From the NCBI GenBank assembly GCA_002238505.1, contig MPMM01000001.1:973811-1037810 (forward strand): a stretch of 64,000 nucleotides of DNA, read 5' to 3'. A program made the translations under genes and the position numbers. This stretch comes from SAR202 cluster bacterium bin22 (GTDB taxonomy: Bacteria > Chloroflexota > Dehalococcoidia > Lucifugimonadales > UBA3495). This document shows positions 1 to 10,026 of this stretch, piece by piece (the stretch's first letter is position 1; each line of letters starts with the position of its first letter). The notes under the pieces are model-generated. The model was given only the letters and a program-made list of their open reading frames with translations. It was not told the origin of the DNA and did no database searches.

Positions 1-600
1 AATTTTTCCTACCAGGTCAGAACCTACGTCTGCAGCCTTGGTAAATATCCCCCCGCCCACGCGGGCGAAGAGAGCAATAGAACTTGCGCCAAATCCAAAG
101 CCTGCCACGGCGCTGATGTCCTGGAAGATCAGGTAGAGTATGGACACGCCCAGCAGGCCTATACCGACTACCGTCACACCCATTACCGTGCCACTGGAGA
201 AGGCAACTCGCAGCGCCGGATTCAGTCCCCTCATGGCGGCCGCCGCAGTACGCACGTTTGCGCGCACCGCCACATTCATACCCACAAAACCGGCCAGCCC
301 CGAGCAGATAGTGCCTACCAGGTATGAAATGGCCGTTGCTGGCACCCCAATGTCATGGGTGAAAAGCGTATAGTCCAGGATCGCCAGGACTATGGTTACT
401 ATTACCACCAGGGGCAGCAAAGCCAGGTACTCCCGGCGCAGGAACGCCGACGCTCCCTCGCGGATGGCGTCGCCGATTTCAGTCATTCGTTCATTGCCTG
501 CCTCGGCTCCTACCACTCGCATGGCCATCAGAGCTGCGAAGGCCAGCGCTATCACGCCGGCCGCCAGTGGCAAGGCAATGAGTAAGACGCTCGAATCCAT
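1..600 (-). CDS. hppA: Membrane-bound H+/Na+-translocating pyrophosphatase, N-terminal 200 codons (rest of gene lies beyond window start)
   Basis: Not in ORF track because it runs off the edge. Hand translation of minus strand from ATG at 600-598 gives MDSSVLLIALPLAAGVIALAFAALMAMRVV...FARVGGGIFTKAADVGSDLVGKI. It has multiple hydrophobic helices and the GGGxxTKAADVGxDLVGK motif typical of M-PPases. Confidence 0.85.
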   Translation of the reverse strand, partial: MDSSVLLIALPLAAGVIALAFAALMAMRVVGAEAGNERMTEIGDAIREGASAFLRREYLALLPLVVIVTIVLAILDYTLFTHDIGVPATAISYLVGTICSGLAGFVGMNVAVRANVRTAAAAMRGLNPALRVAFSSGTVMGVTVVGIGLLGVSILYLIFQDISAVAGFGFGASSIALFARVGGGIFTKAADVGSDLVGKI

Positions 601-861
601 CTAACCCACCTCGAAATTACGGAAATGCGCTATCACAAGCGTTGGAAACGTACCATAGACCCCTAGGGGTGTCAACTTGCGCCAACACCATGGCCTATTG
701 TGGGCAGCGGGAGACCTGCCATCCCGCAAATTGCCGGAGTCGCAGAAGTATTGAGTCCATCAGGCCCAGGGACAGTCAATATTTGCCATCGGACTCTTCG
801 TCTAAACTAAGCCGGAAAGCAACCGGTAACCCGACCTCCGCGTGTCCCCCAGGATGAGGGT

Positions 862-872
862 TGTGGTAGAGT
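862..872 (+). promoter_or_regulatory. Candidate extended -10 promoter element TGTGGTAGAGT upstream of SDR gene
   Basis: tgtggtagagt lies ~34 nt upstream of the ATG at 906, with AGGAAG SD between. The same 11-mer class recurs at 23902 (guaA) and inside both copies of the structured repeat. Confidence 0.4.
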
Positions 873-905
873 AGTCGGACTTTTCAGGGTCTCAGGAAGT
901 AGAAA

Positions 906-1679
906 ATGAACATTCAGGAACTCTTCGATCTATCCGGCAAAGTTGCCATCGTAACGGGTGGCAACGGCGGACTTGGACTGGGCATGGCCAGAGGGCTGGC
1001 CGGAGCCGGAGCCAATGTCGTTGTGGCAGCCCGCGATCAGGAAAAAACTGACGAAGCGGTAGCTGAACTGGAGAAACTGGGAATCCGGTCGCTGGGCCTG
1101 AAGGTGGACGTTACTCAGGAGCAGGAAATCCAGAAAATGGTTTCCGATACTGTCGATGCCTTTGGCCGGGTGGACATCCTCGTCAACAACGCGGGCACGG
1201 TGGTTCGAAAAACGCCGGACCAAACCTCAACCGCCGAATGGGACCTGGTGCAGGACGTGAACCTGCGGTCTTCATTTCTGGCCTCCCGTGAAGTCTATCC
1301 CCACATGAAAGAAAAGGGGGGCGGGAAAATCATCGGAATCGGGTCCATGTACTCGCTGTTCGGCGGCGGCGGCAGCGGCGCCCCCTACTCGGCCAGCAAG
1401 GGCGGCGTGGTTCAGCTTTCCAAGAGCCTTGCGGTGGCCTGGGCTAAGGACAACATCCAGTCCAACGCCATCCTGCCCGGCTGGTTTATGACCACCCTCA
1501 CATCGGACATTCCTGTGAACCAGCCCGAACGCTACCAAATGATCAGCGGCCGCATACCTACCGGCCGATGGGGCGACGTGGACGAACTGCAGGGCACAGT
1601 AGTCTTCCTTTCCAGCAAAGCGTCAGACTACGTAACCGGAGCAGTCATAACCGTGGACGGGGGATACTCGGTGATGTAA
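906..1679 (+). CDS. Short-chain dehydrogenase/reductase (SDR) family oxidoreductase
   Basis: 257 aa. N-terminal TGGNGGLGLGMARGLAGAGANVVV Rossmann motif, NNAG, and YSASKGG catalytic Tyr-x3-Lys. Confidence 0.9.
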   Translation: MNIQELFDLSGKVAIVTGGNGGLGLGMARGLAGAGANVVVAARDQEKTDEAVAELEKLGIRSLGLKVDVTQEQEIQKMVSDTVDAFGRVDILVNNAGTVVRKTPDQTSTAEWDLVQDVNLRSSFLASREVYPHMKEKGGGKIIGIGSMYSLFGGGGSGAPYSASKGGVVQLSKSLAVAWAKDNIQSNAILPGWFMTTLTSDIPVNQPERYQMISGRIPTGRWGDVDELQGTVVFLSSKASDYVTGAVITVDGGYSVM

Positions 1680-1810
1680 GGAGCACGGGGTCGAGAATGC
1701 CAGCAGGGGCAGACCTGTGTGCCTGCCCTTGTCCGTTCTCAATTCCACACTCTTTGTGTAACCCTGCCTGAAAGCGGGACGCACCTTTAAGAGTATTCTT
1801 GGAACTGGCA

Positions 1811-1840
1811 AGGGCGGGTTTGCAGCCCGCCCTTTATTTA
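1811..1840. terminator. Hairpin terminator between convergent genes
   Basis: agggcggg (1811-1818) pairs with cccgccct (1826-1833), followed by ttattta. Sits between the SDR (+) and formamidase-like (-) 3' ends. Confidence 0.6.
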
Positions 1841-1863
1841 CCCGAACAACGATAACCGAGAAG

Positions 1864-2739
1864 TTACCCCAGCTGCTCCAACGCTTCCCGCGAAAGCATC
1901 ATTTTCACCGGGCTGATGGGTCGGAACGTGCGGGATACCCTTACATCCCCGGCTAGACTGCAGAGGGTGTAGGCATCGTAAGGCGCCATGCCCTTTTCCT
2001 GCACCAGGAATTCCACCATGTCCCGTACCGCCTGCTTCATTGCCGGCTCCAGGTCCTCACCATACGACAGCACCACAAAGTGCTGCGGCGTTACCGCCCG
2101 GGGACTGTCGATTTTCATCCCCTTTTCCACGGTAACCCGTATGTGGGTATCGGACGAGCATTCCGCCCCGGTACCGGCCACGGCGCCATCCCCTACTATG
2201 GCATGGCAATCGCCCAGGGCCAGCATCCCGCCATCAACAAAGACGGGCATATAGATGGCGCTCCCCTCCACCAGTTCCTTCATATCTATGTCCCCGCCAT
2301 AGGGGCCGCTGTCGCTGGCGGTGCTCTGCACGTAGGTGGGCGTCGTCGCCACCAGTCCCATGGATGGCAGCATATTCAGTCGGATGCCACTGGGCAGGAC
2401 TAGCTGGTTACCCTCTATGGTCATCACCGTCGGGTACCCTTCGGTGAATTCCTCTTCCAGGAATCCCCGTCCGGGCATGACCATGTGGGCGGGTCCTTCC
2501 TTTGGCGTGATTTTCAGAAACTCCACCTTGAGGGCGTCTCCCGGCTCAGCTCCGTTTACGTAGATGGGGCCGGTGGCGGGTCCCTTCAGGGCCTTTGCGT
2601 CCAGCTGGACCGGGTCCCGTAAGCCTTCAAAGGCATCCCAGGTCTCCACCATCAGCTCTTCCCCGGACTCGATGGTTATGGCCGGCTCGGCTTCGGGGTC
2701 GAGATAATAGATTCGCTTTTCCCTGCTCAAATGCTTCAT
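1864..2739 (-). CDS. Acetamidase/formamidase family protein
   Basis: 291 aa. GPIYVNGAEPGDALKVEF, PGRGFL and LALGDCHAIVGDGAVAGTGAE blocks match the FmdA/AmdA family pattern. Confidence 0.8.
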   Translation of the reverse strand: MKHLSREKRIYYLDPEAEPAITIESGEELMVETWDAFEGLRDPVQLDAKALKGPATGPIYVNGAEPGDALKVEFLKITPKEGPAHMVMPGRGFLEEEFTEGYPTVMTIEGNQLVLPSGIRLNMLPSMGLVATTPTYVQSTASDSGPYGGDIDMKELVEGSAIYMPVFVDGGMLALGDCHAIVGDGAVAGTGAECSSDTHIRVTVEKGMKIDSPRAVTPQHFVVLSYGEDLEPAMKQAVRDMVEFLVQEKGMAPYDAYTLCSLAGDVRVSRTFRPISPVKMMLSREALEQLG

Positions 2740-3530
2740 TAGTCCTCTCTTCCAGCCACGGCTGCGGGTTCGGGCGGTACCGGATTCAACGGCCCTTCCA
2801 GGGGAATTATTGCCTGATTCACCGTTACGCCGGCAATCCTGTCCAGTTCCACTACATTCACACCAATGTGACCGGAACGGGGCGAAGACCCCAGGGGTGA
2901 CCCCGAGTAGAATGCCGCCGTATCACCCTGGGAAACCTCGCAATGCCGCTCCCAGTGGCCGAGGGCAAGGTAGTGGCAGGACGCCCCCAACACCTCCTCC
3001 GGCTGAATCGGGGAAGATCGGAGATCGGTGTCTTCCGGAAAGTGGAAGTGACCGTGGGCCAGGGCTACCAGCCAGTTGCCGTCCCCGCCTTCAGGCATGT
3101 TCTCCAGCGGCCTAAAGTCCGGAGTATGCTGGGTCATTGCTCGACCCCAAACGTCCAGACCCAGTTCCGATAAAGAGATCGTCTGGCCGGATTGCCCGGT
3201 AAGCAAGTGGAAATTGGGGGGCGGGTTGTTAAACGGCCTTCTCAGGTATAGGGAATCTTCGTGGTACAGATCGTGGTTGCCGGGGAGGGTTACAACCGGT
3301 CGGTCAATACGGGCAATCTGGTCCAGGTAGAATTCAAGCACCCGGTCAGGCACCCTGGCGTGGTCAAAGACATCTCCCACCACCAGCAAAGCATCAGCTT
3401 CGAGATGCTCCACGCTGTCAATAACCCGGGCAAAGGCAGTCTCCGCAAGGTCAGACCGCCAGTCGTCACCCAGATGGGTATCCGAAGTGTGTATCAGCTT
3501 TAATGTCCTGTGGTCAACCAAAATAACCAT
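2739..3530 (-). CDS. Metallophosphoesterase (calcineurin-like)
   Basis: 263 aa. Motifs HTSDTHLG, VVGDVFDH, LPGNHD and GHFH. Its TAA stop overlaps the downstream ATG by 1 nt (TAATG at 2737-2741). Confidence 0.8.
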   Translation of the reverse strand: MVILVDHRTLKLIHTSDTHLGDDWRSDLAETAFARVIDSVEHLEADALLVVGDVFDHARVPDRVLEFYLDQIARIDRPVVTLPGNHDLYHEDSLYLRRPFNNPPPNFHLLTGQSGQTISLSELGLDVWGRAMTQHTPDFRPLENMPEGGDGNWLVALAHGHFHFPEDTDLRSSPIQPEEVLGASCHYLALGHWERHCEVSQGDTAAFYSGSPLGSSPRSGHIGVNVVELDRIAGVTVNQAIIPLEGPLNPVPPEPAAVAGRED

Positions 3531-3560
3531 CCCTAGGTTGAATTCTTGCGGCCCCGCGAA

Positions 3561-4766
3561 CTAGGGCCCTTTGCCAATAACCCCTTGCTCCTTAAGCCTG
3601 GCTATGTCGCTCTCGTCATATCCCAGTTCGCCCAGCACTTCATCGTTATGCTGACCCAGGAGAGGCGGAGGACGCTTGATAACCGGAGGTGTTTCCGCCA
3701 GCTTCAGGGGAGAATTGGGAATCTTCAGGTCAGGCACGTTCGGATGGGTGAGTTCCGCAATCATATTTCGGGCGTTGACTTGCGGATTATTGACCACGTC
3801 ATCCACCCGGTTGATGGGGCCGCAAGGCACACCGCACTGCTCGATTATGTCAACCCATTCCGCCACGGTCTTAGACTGAAATATTCCGCTCAAGACCTCT
3901 ACGCACTCGGCGCGGTGCACCACACGATCATCATTGGTCTTGAACCTCGGATCTTCCTTAAGTTCCGGATGTCCTACCCCCTCGCAGAACCGCTCCCACA
4001 ATCCCTGGTTGGCCACACCCAGTATGAAGTAGCCGTCCGAGGCCCTGAAGCTCTGGTAAGGGACAAGGCTGGGATGGCCGGACCCCATCCGCTGTGGCAC
4101 CACGCCGGTGGCCAGATAAGCGGTGGCGTGGTAGCTGAGGGCTGCCACCTGGCCGTCCAGAAGCGCGGCCTCCAGGCGTTGGCCCTGTCCGGTCTGCTGC
4201 TTGTGGTAAAGCGCTGTGGCAATTGAACCGAACGCCATCATTCCGGTAAAAAGGTCCACCAGGGAAAAACCCACCCGCAGGGGCAACCCGTCGGGTTCGC
4301 CGGTCAGGTCCATCAGGCCGCTGTAAGCCTGGATGATCAGGTCGTATCCCGGCTTTTCGGCCATGGGGCCCGTGCGGCCATAACCCGAAATCGAGCAATA
4401 AACTATGCCCGGGTTTATGCTGCGAATCTCCTCGTATCCCAACCCCATGCGTTCCAGGGCGCCTGCCCTGAAACTTTCAATCATGACATCGGCGTCCTTC
4501 GCCAGATTCCGGACTATTTCCAGTCCTTCCTTCTCCCTAAGGTTGAGGCTCAGGCTGCGCTTGTTGCGATTAAAGGAGACAAACTGGGTGCTTTCCCCAT
4601 TCCAGAAGGGTGTCCACGAACGGGTCTCATCCCCCCGCTCCGGTTCCTCTATCTTGACAACATCGGCTCCCATATCCCCCAGCATCATCGTGCAAAAGGG
4701 ACCGGCCAGCGTGCGGGTCAAATCCACGACCTTGATGTTCTCCAGAGCCGCGACCATGGGCATCAA
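3561..4766 (-). CDS. Family III CoA-transferase (CaiB/BaiF type)
   Basis: 401 aa. N-terminal VVDLTRTLAGPFCTMMLGDMGADVVKIE signature. TTG at 4766 or ATG at 4763 are possible starts. Confidence 0.9.
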   Translation of the reverse strand: MMPMVAALENIKVVDLTRTLAGPFCTMMLGDMGADVVKIEEPERGDETRSWTPFWNGESTQFVSFNRNKRSLSLNLREKEGLEIVRNLAKDADVMIESFRAGALERMGLGYEEIRSINPGIVYCSISGYGRTGPMAEKPGYDLIIQAYSGLMDLTGEPDGLPLRVGFSLVDLFTGMMAFGSIATALYHKQQTGQGQRLEAALLDGQVAALSYHATAYLATGVVPQRMGSGHPSLVPYQSFRASDGYFILGVANQGLWERFCEGVGHPELKEDPRFKTNDDRVVHRAECVEVLSGIFQSKTVAEWVDIIEQCGVPCGPINRVDDVVNNPQVNARNMIAELTHPNVPDLKIPNSPLKLAETPPVIKRPPPLLGQHNDEVLGELGYDESDIARLKEQGVIGKGP

Positions 4767-4886
4767 TCACCTGTTCAACGAACTGCGCGAAAGCGCCGCA
4801 AACTTGCGGAGGTATGCGCGCGCCGGAATTATAGCACGGCCCAAAGGGCGTCTGAACCATCACCCGTTGACCGGCTGACTAGTCTG

Positions 4887-5861
4887 ATGGTAGGTTACCT
4901 GCACCTTGACTCTGTAGCTGAAATTATGACAACCGGACAGGACGGCCCCCGCATAGTAGTGCTGGGAGGCATAAACATCGACCTAGTGGCGATGACTCCC
5001 CGTTTTCCCCAGGCGGGGGAGACGGTAGTAGGCAACCGCTTCCTGAGTTACGGAGGTGGCAAAGGCGCCAACCAGGCCGTAGCGGCGGCTCGCATGGGCG
5101 GCCAGACCTCCATGGTAGGCCGCGTTGGGGACGACATCTTTGCCCCGCAAGCCCTGCAGGCGCTAGTGGATTCCGGCGTCAACGTTGAGCCGGTGGGGGT
5201 TACACCAGGCGAAAGCACGGGAATCGCGGTCATCAGCATTGACGACATGGCCCAGAATCAGATTATCCAGGTACTGGGCGCCAACACGACCTGCGGTGAT
5301 GAGGAGGAGGCCCAGATCCTCACTCTCCTCGAACACGCCTCCACCCTCCTGCTACAACTGGAAGTCTCCGTGGACCTGTCCCTGCGCTGCGCCCAGGCCG
5401 CGAAAGAAAGGGGTGTGCGGGTTATCCTGGACCCCAGTCCTGTTCGCCCCCTGCCTGAGGCCTTCTTTTCCTGCTGCGACATCATCACCCCCAACGAAAC
5501 CGACGCCCAGGCCCTGGTTGGCAAGGCAGTATCCAACCCTGACCAGGCCGCCGAGGCCGCCGCAATACTGCTGGAGAGAGGAGTTGGCGCCGCAATAGTC
5601 ACCCTGGGGCCCCAGGGAACCCACTGGGCCACCAGGGAAGGCAGCGCATTTGTCCCCGCCTTTCCTGTTGATGGCATTGACTCGGTAGGAGCCGGCGATG
5701 CTTTCAACGGCGCCCTTGCCGTGGCTCTGGCCGAGGGACGTGACCTTGGCAGCGCCGTAAGAGTCGCCTCGGCCGCGGGGGCCCTTTCCGTCACCAGGAG
5801 CGGCGCCCAGGACTCAATGCCCACCCGCGCTGAGGTCGAGGAGTTGCTGCGCTCCAGGTAG
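4887..5861 (+). CDS. rbsK: Ribokinase (PfkB family)
   Basis: 324 aa. GGKGANQAVAAARMG and C-terminal GAGDAFNGALAVAL motifs. The true start may be the internal ATG at 4926. Confidence 0.85.
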   Translation: MVGYLHLDSVAEIMTTGQDGPRIVVLGGINIDLVAMTPRFPQAGETVVGNRFLSYGGGKGANQAVAAARMGGQTSMVGRVGDDIFAPQALQALVDSGVNVEPVGVTPGESTGIAVISIDDMAQNQIIQVLGANTTCGDEEEAQILTLLEHASTLLLQLEVSVDLSLRCAQAAKERGVRVILDPSPVRPLPEAFFSCCDIITPNETDAQALVGKAVSNPDQAAEAAAILLERGVGAAIVTLGPQGTHWATREGSAFVPAFPVDGIDSVGAGDAFNGALAVALAEGRDLGSAVRVASAAGALSVTRSGAQDSMPTRAEVEELLRSR

Positions 5862-5883
5862 AGGAGTATCCGGCAGGCTGGAA

Positions 5884-6378
5884 ATGGAACAGCGAGACAA
5901 ATTTTGTTCAGGATGCGCCACCGAACTGGAACTAAAGGAGTCCGGTGGCGCGGTTCGTCCGGTGTGCCCTGCCTGCGGTCGTGTCGTGTACTACGATCCC
6001 AAGGTGGCGGCCGTCACCCTGATCAGCCGCGACGAAAAGGTCCTGCTGGTGCGCCGGGCTAACCTTCTGGGCTACGGTCTTTGGAGTGTTCCGGGTGGCT
6101 ACGTCGACCGGGGTGAAGTTGTAGAAGTAGCCGCCGCCAGGGAAGTTCTTGAGGAAACCGGGTTAAAGGTGAAAATCGACGGACTCGTCGGATTGTTTTC
6201 CGAAGCGGGACGCCCGGTCATCGTGGCGGCCTTCAGCGGGACCGAGACAGGCGGGGAACTTTCCCCGGGCCCCGAAGCCCTGGATGCAGGCTTTTTTGCC
6301 CTGGACGACCTTCCTCCCATGGCATTCCCGGGCGACTCGAACATCCTCCAGCAGTGGTCACAGGGCAGAAAAGGCTAA
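5884..6378 (+). CDS. NUDIX hydrolase with N-terminal zinc-ribbon
   Basis: 164 aa. CSGC...CPAC zinc ribbon, then Nudix box GGYVDRGEVVEVAAAREVLEETGL. Confidence 0.85.
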   Translation: MEQRDKFCSGCATELELKESGGAVRPVCPACGRVVYYDPKVAAVTLISRDEKVLLVRRANLLGYGLWSVPGGYVDRGEVVEVAAAREVLEETGLKVKIDGLVGLFSEAGRPVIVAAFSGTETGGELSPGPEALDAGFFALDDLPPMAFPGDSNILQQWSQGRKG

Positions 6379-6454
6379 ATGCGCTCCTCTCCGGCCATTT
6401 CCCTCGTCCCACGCACCGGTCTGGTCCGTCCAGACTTCTTTCTCACTCCGTGAC

Positions 6455-7180
6455 ATGACACCAATCTTCCGCAACGTTCTCAAATCGGCAGTTGACCTGG
6501 TCCTGCCCACCTATTGCCTGGGCTGCGGAAGCCAGGGCGACATTCTCTGTCACACCTGTGTAAGCAGTCTGCCCCGGCTGGCCCCTCCCTTTTGCGACAT
6601 TTGCTCAGATCCGGGGATTGCAGGAATTTGTCGAATCTGTCGCCGCCAGTTGCGGTTCTCTACCGCAAGCCTCGCGGGGATTAGATCGCCGTATATCATG
6701 GAGGGGACACTGAGGGAAGCCATCCACAGCTTCAAATACCGGAACGCTCGGATAGCGGCTGAGTGCCTGGGAAACCTGCTGGCAGACTACTTCAGAAACA
6801 ATTGCCTGCCCGGTAACGTTCTGGTGCCTGTGCCGCTCCACCACAGCAAGCTGCGGCACCGTGGCTACAACCAGGCAGAATTGCTGGCCAAAGCCCTGGG
6901 CAACTCGTCCGGCCTGCCAGTCGAAACCGGCTTGCTGACCCGGTCCCTGAATTCTCCGCCCCAGGCTGGCTCCACCGATGTCAATGAGCGTAGAGACAAC
7001 ACCGCCGGCGCTTTCAACTGCCGAACCGATGCTTCCGGCCTTGCCTGCATCCTTGTGGACGACGTCTGCACCACTGGCAGTACCCTGGGCGCATGCGCCG
7101 ACGCTCTGGTAAAGGCCGGCGCCTCTACCGTGTGGGCCCTTACCCTGGCCCGTGAGACGCTCGATCCCGCGACCAAGTGA
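6455..7180 (+). CDS. ComF-family protein (phosphoribosyltransferase domain)
   Basis: The track ORF starts at 6284 but overlaps the Nudix gene. The ATG at 6455 gives MTPIFRNV..PTYCLGCG...CHTC...CDIC zinc-finger N-terminus and a C-terminal PRTase loop ILVDDVCTTGST. Confidence 0.8.
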   Translation: MTPIFRNVLKSAVDLVLPTYCLGCGSQGDILCHTCVSSLPRLAPPFCDICSDPGIAGICRICRRQLRFSTASLAGIRSPYIMEGTLREAIHSFKYRNARIAAECLGNLLADYFRNNCLPGNVLVPVPLHHSKLRHRGYNQAELLAKALGNSSGLPVETGLLTRSLNSPPQAGSTDVNERRDNTAGAFNCRTDASGLACILVDDVCTTGSTLGACADALVKAGASTVWALTLARETLDPATK

Positions 7181-7198
7181 GCCTGACTTCACTTGAAC

Positions 7199-7858
7199 CT
7201 ACGGTTCGCTCCTGTCCCAGTCGGGCAGGGCGTGGTAGCCCACAAAGGGTATGTCAACTTTGGCTTCCAGTCCCTGGGCCTTCTTCAGCCGCTGGATGTT
7301 GTAAAGGTGGGTCAGGTACTCAAAGTAGCGATGACGGAAAGTAGCTTCCAGGGTTATGTAACCCCAGGGTGGGTCGTTGGGCTCTTCCCTGACCCCCGAG
7401 GGATGAGCATTCAACCAGTGAAGCTGACCACTTACCGAACTCCGCAACTCCCTGCTTCGCATTGAGTCCACCGTCTCCGATTCCAGCACCGAACAGGCGA
7501 AGTCCAGGCTCTTGCGAAGCACTGCAAAGATGGACTCCACCTCCCAGTACTTCGACTCGTCCAGCCGGCGGTCGTAGGGCGATTCGATGATCCCGTCCCA
7601 GTCGTCAATTTCCGGCAACCCGTCGCTGAACAGGTTCTCTCCCCATCGCAGCAAAAGCCACCGGAAGTCTCCCGATGCCACGTGGCTCAGGTTCCGGCGG
7701 ATGCTCCATTCGCTCCACCCACATTTGTCCGACTCGAAGTCCAGCTGTTCGTCGGTAAGGCCCGCGAGTTCTTCCCGGTACATATCGTAGATTTCCTGAC
7801 GGAACTGGGGAAAGAGGACTATGCCTGGCGAGTTGTCGGTAATTTCCTGCTGGGCCAT
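7199..7858 (-). CDS. Hypothetical protein, DinB-like
   Basis: 219 aa. LAGLTDEQLDF...WSIRRNLSHVA resembles DinB-superfamily helix-bundle proteins. The assignment is tentative. Confidence 0.55.
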   Translation of the reverse strand: MAQQEITDNSPGIVLFPQFRQEIYDMYREELAGLTDEQLDFESDKCGWSEWSIRRNLSHVASGDFRWLLLRWGENLFSDGLPEIDDWDGIIESPYDRRLDESKYWEVESIFAVLRKSLDFACSVLESETVDSMRSRELRSSVSGQLHWLNAHPSGVREEPNDPPWGYITLEATFRHRYFEYLTHLYNIQRLKKAQGLEAKVDIPFVGYHALPDWDRSEP

Positions 7859-7919
7859 GAATCGCTACCTCCAACGGTGGAATTTCGGCTCAATAAACTC
7901 TGGTACGCCTTTAGCTCCG

Positions 7920-8504
7920 CTATCCGGGCCGCACCCAGGTTTCGGACCAGGCCAGGCAGGCGCTGCTGCTCTGCTTGTCTCCCCTCATTTCCAGCCAGGG
8001 CTCGCCTTCGACCGGATTGCCGTTAATAGTCAACTGGGCCCGGCGTGACGGAATAAAACAGCTGTACACACCATGGGGGCGTCCTGGGACGCTGCCCGCT
8101 TCTACGCGCAGCATGTAGGGCTCAAGGAAGTCGTACCAGGTCAGGTGTATTTCGTCGTCGTCACTGAGCACTTTTTCCGTCCAAAAGGAACGAACGTCCC
8201 CCGATTTGCTGAATTCCGCGTCGCTGACGGGAATGCTTTGGTCGGCGAATTCAGGAAACAGCAGGCTCTCTATCTCTTCCTGCAGCCAGCGGGCCAGCGC
8301 GATGTTGTCGGCGTAGATGCGAACTTCGTTGTCCATCTCATCGCTCTTCATGAAAAGCACGTGGCCCGCCCCGGCGGGGGACCACAGCACTCGCCAGTGG
8401 CTGGTACGGGTAGCCTGGTTGTTTCCGCCATCGTGAGATAGGCGTATGAACGAGTTTTCGCCGGTGACTCTTACCTGGTTAGGGTCAGTGGGATTGGTGG
8501 TCAT
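7920..8504 (-). CDS. Hypothetical protein
   Basis: The track ORF extends to 8711, but ATG at 8504 is preceded by GAGGGGG SD and avoids overlap with the upstream gene. 194 aa starting MTTNPTDPNQVRV; no family recognised. Confidence 0.6.
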   Translation of the reverse strand: MTTNPTDPNQVRVTGENSFIRLSHDGGNNQATRTSHWRVLWSPAGAGHVLFMKSDEMDNEVRIYADNIALARWLQEEIESLLFPEFADQSIPVSDAEFSKSGDVRSFWTEKVLSDDDEIHLTWYDFLEPYMLRVEAGSVPGRPHGVYSCFIPSRRAQLTINGNPVEGEPWLEMRGDKQSSSACLAWSETWVRPG

Positions 8505-8652
8505 GTGTTGCCCCCTCAAAATAGTTCGCTGGGAGAATAACTGATCGTGAAAAGTTTTTGCCCGAGGGCAAACAGCACAGGAATCTCTGACAATCAAGCG
8601 GGGCCACCCTTGCCAGAGCGGCCCCACCAATTTCCTGCTTCGTCGGAAAGCG

Positions 8653-9867
8653 TTAATCCTTGGCCGGGAACCAGTCCTGCTTCCAGGGGAAGTCGCCTTC
8701 CGCAGAGTCAAAAGCGGGCAAGCCGTTTTCCACCCGCTCCCGGTAGGGGCTGGCGATTGGCTCGCGGTAAGGGTAAATGCCGCCTTCGTAAACGCTGGGG
8801 CCTTGCTTGAAGTGGCGGGCCTGCTCCAGAGTTTCCACGAAGGGCATGTTCATGTCGTAAAGCTGCTCGACCCGCTTGGGACGGGGACCCGCCTTGGAAA
8901 CGTGGCCGTAGAGTTCGCGGCCTACGACACGCTCGGCCATCCACACGCAGTCAATGAGCTTGTCGATATCTACGCCGGTCTCTACGCCCATGTCCTCCAT
9001 CATGTGGAGCAGGTCTTCCGTGGGGGCCATGCCGGTGGCGCGGCCGTTGCCGCAGTAGGGGCAACCGCCGTACCCGCCGATGGTGCCGTCCAGTTCCAGG
9101 GTGTCCTCGGGACTAAGGGTCCGCATAGCGGCGTAAGCCGATGCGATAGCCATGTTCCGGCCATTGTGGAGATGCAACCGGAAATGGTTGATTTCAGGCC
9201 AGCGCTCCTTGACCCGGCTGATGCTCTCTTCGACCTTCGCCGGAGTGCAGTGGCTCATGGGGTCACCCATGGAGCAACTCACTACCTTTATGCCTACCTC
9301 GTCCCACATGCCATGCTGCTTTTCAAAAAGGGTCATGAGGTTATCTACCGGAAACTCTCCCAGGAAGTTGGAACCCCAGCTGGCATTGCAGCCGATGCCG
9401 GCTTCCCTGATGTTTAGTTCCTGGGCCTGCGCCACTACCTGCGGCCACCGCTCCATTTCTTCCATCTGAGAACGGTTGGTGTTGCGCCGCACGAAAACGT
9501 CGCACATATGGCAGTTCAGTCGCGGGTAGGGATCGCGTTCAATGGTGAGAGGCGGGGAGTAGGCGCGGGCCCGCTCAACTCCCCGGGAGTTGAGGGCCAA
9601 GGCCGTATAGGTCACATCTGGATTAGGATTGAACTTGGACACGATGTCGTCGATGCGTTCCATCTGGGGCGTCCACTTGGGACTCACAAAAGAACCTACA
9701 ACGATCTGCTGCAAGCCCGTCTCCGACAAAGCATCCAGCAATTCAATCTTGTCTTCTACGGAAATGCTGGAATCCTCGATCTGCATGCCTTCCCGCATGC
9801 CCTCTTCTTTATAAACCACCTTGGGCCACTGATACATAAGAGTCCTCCTCTGGTTGAAGACGTCCAT
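8653..9867 (-). CDS. HMG-CoA-lyase-like (pyruvate carboxyltransferase domain) protein
   Basis: 404 aa. N-terminus EEGMREGMQIE...KIELLDALSETGLQQIVVGSFVSPKWTPQM matches the HMGL-like TIM-barrel pattern, and HLHNGRN is a metal-binding motif. Confidence 0.75.
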   Translation of the reverse strand: MDVFNQRRTLMYQWPKVVYKEEGMREGMQIEDSSISVEDKIELLDALSETGLQQIVVGSFVSPKWTPQMERIDDIVSKFNPNPDVTYTALALNSRGVERARAYSPPLTIERDPYPRLNCHMCDVFVRRNTNRSQMEEMERWPQVVAQAQELNIREAGIGCNASWGSNFLGEFPVDNLMTLFEKQHGMWDEVGIKVVSCSMGDPMSHCTPAKVEESISRVKERWPEINHFRLHLHNGRNMAIASAYAAMRTLSPEDTLELDGTIGGYGGCPYCGNGRATGMAPTEDLLHMMEDMGVETGVDIDKLIDCVWMAERVVGRELYGHVSKAGPRPKRVEQLYDMNMPFVETLEQARHFKQGPSVYEGGIYPYREPIASPYRERVENGLPAFDSAEGDFPWKQDWFPAKD

Positions 9868-10026
9868 TCATAGGCGAATTGGCGCGATTGTAGGATTTCA
9901 GGGCCAAATTTGTCAAGGAAACCGCTTCTGGCGAAAGAGAAACCAGGTGAAATTCAGATAGCCTGAACCCTGGCCTCAAGCCCAGCCCAGGTGGGTCAAG
10001 TTGCGAGGGAGTCTCTCATTCTGAGG

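Noticed and set aside
6284-6454. N-terminal extensions suggested by the ORF track (ComF from 6284; also 7920-8711, 23863, 28549, 39140-40060, 57846)
   Set aside because: The extensions overlap upstream genes or encode Arg/Pro/Ser-rich junk. Internal starts with good SD sequences coincide with the beginning of the conserved domains.
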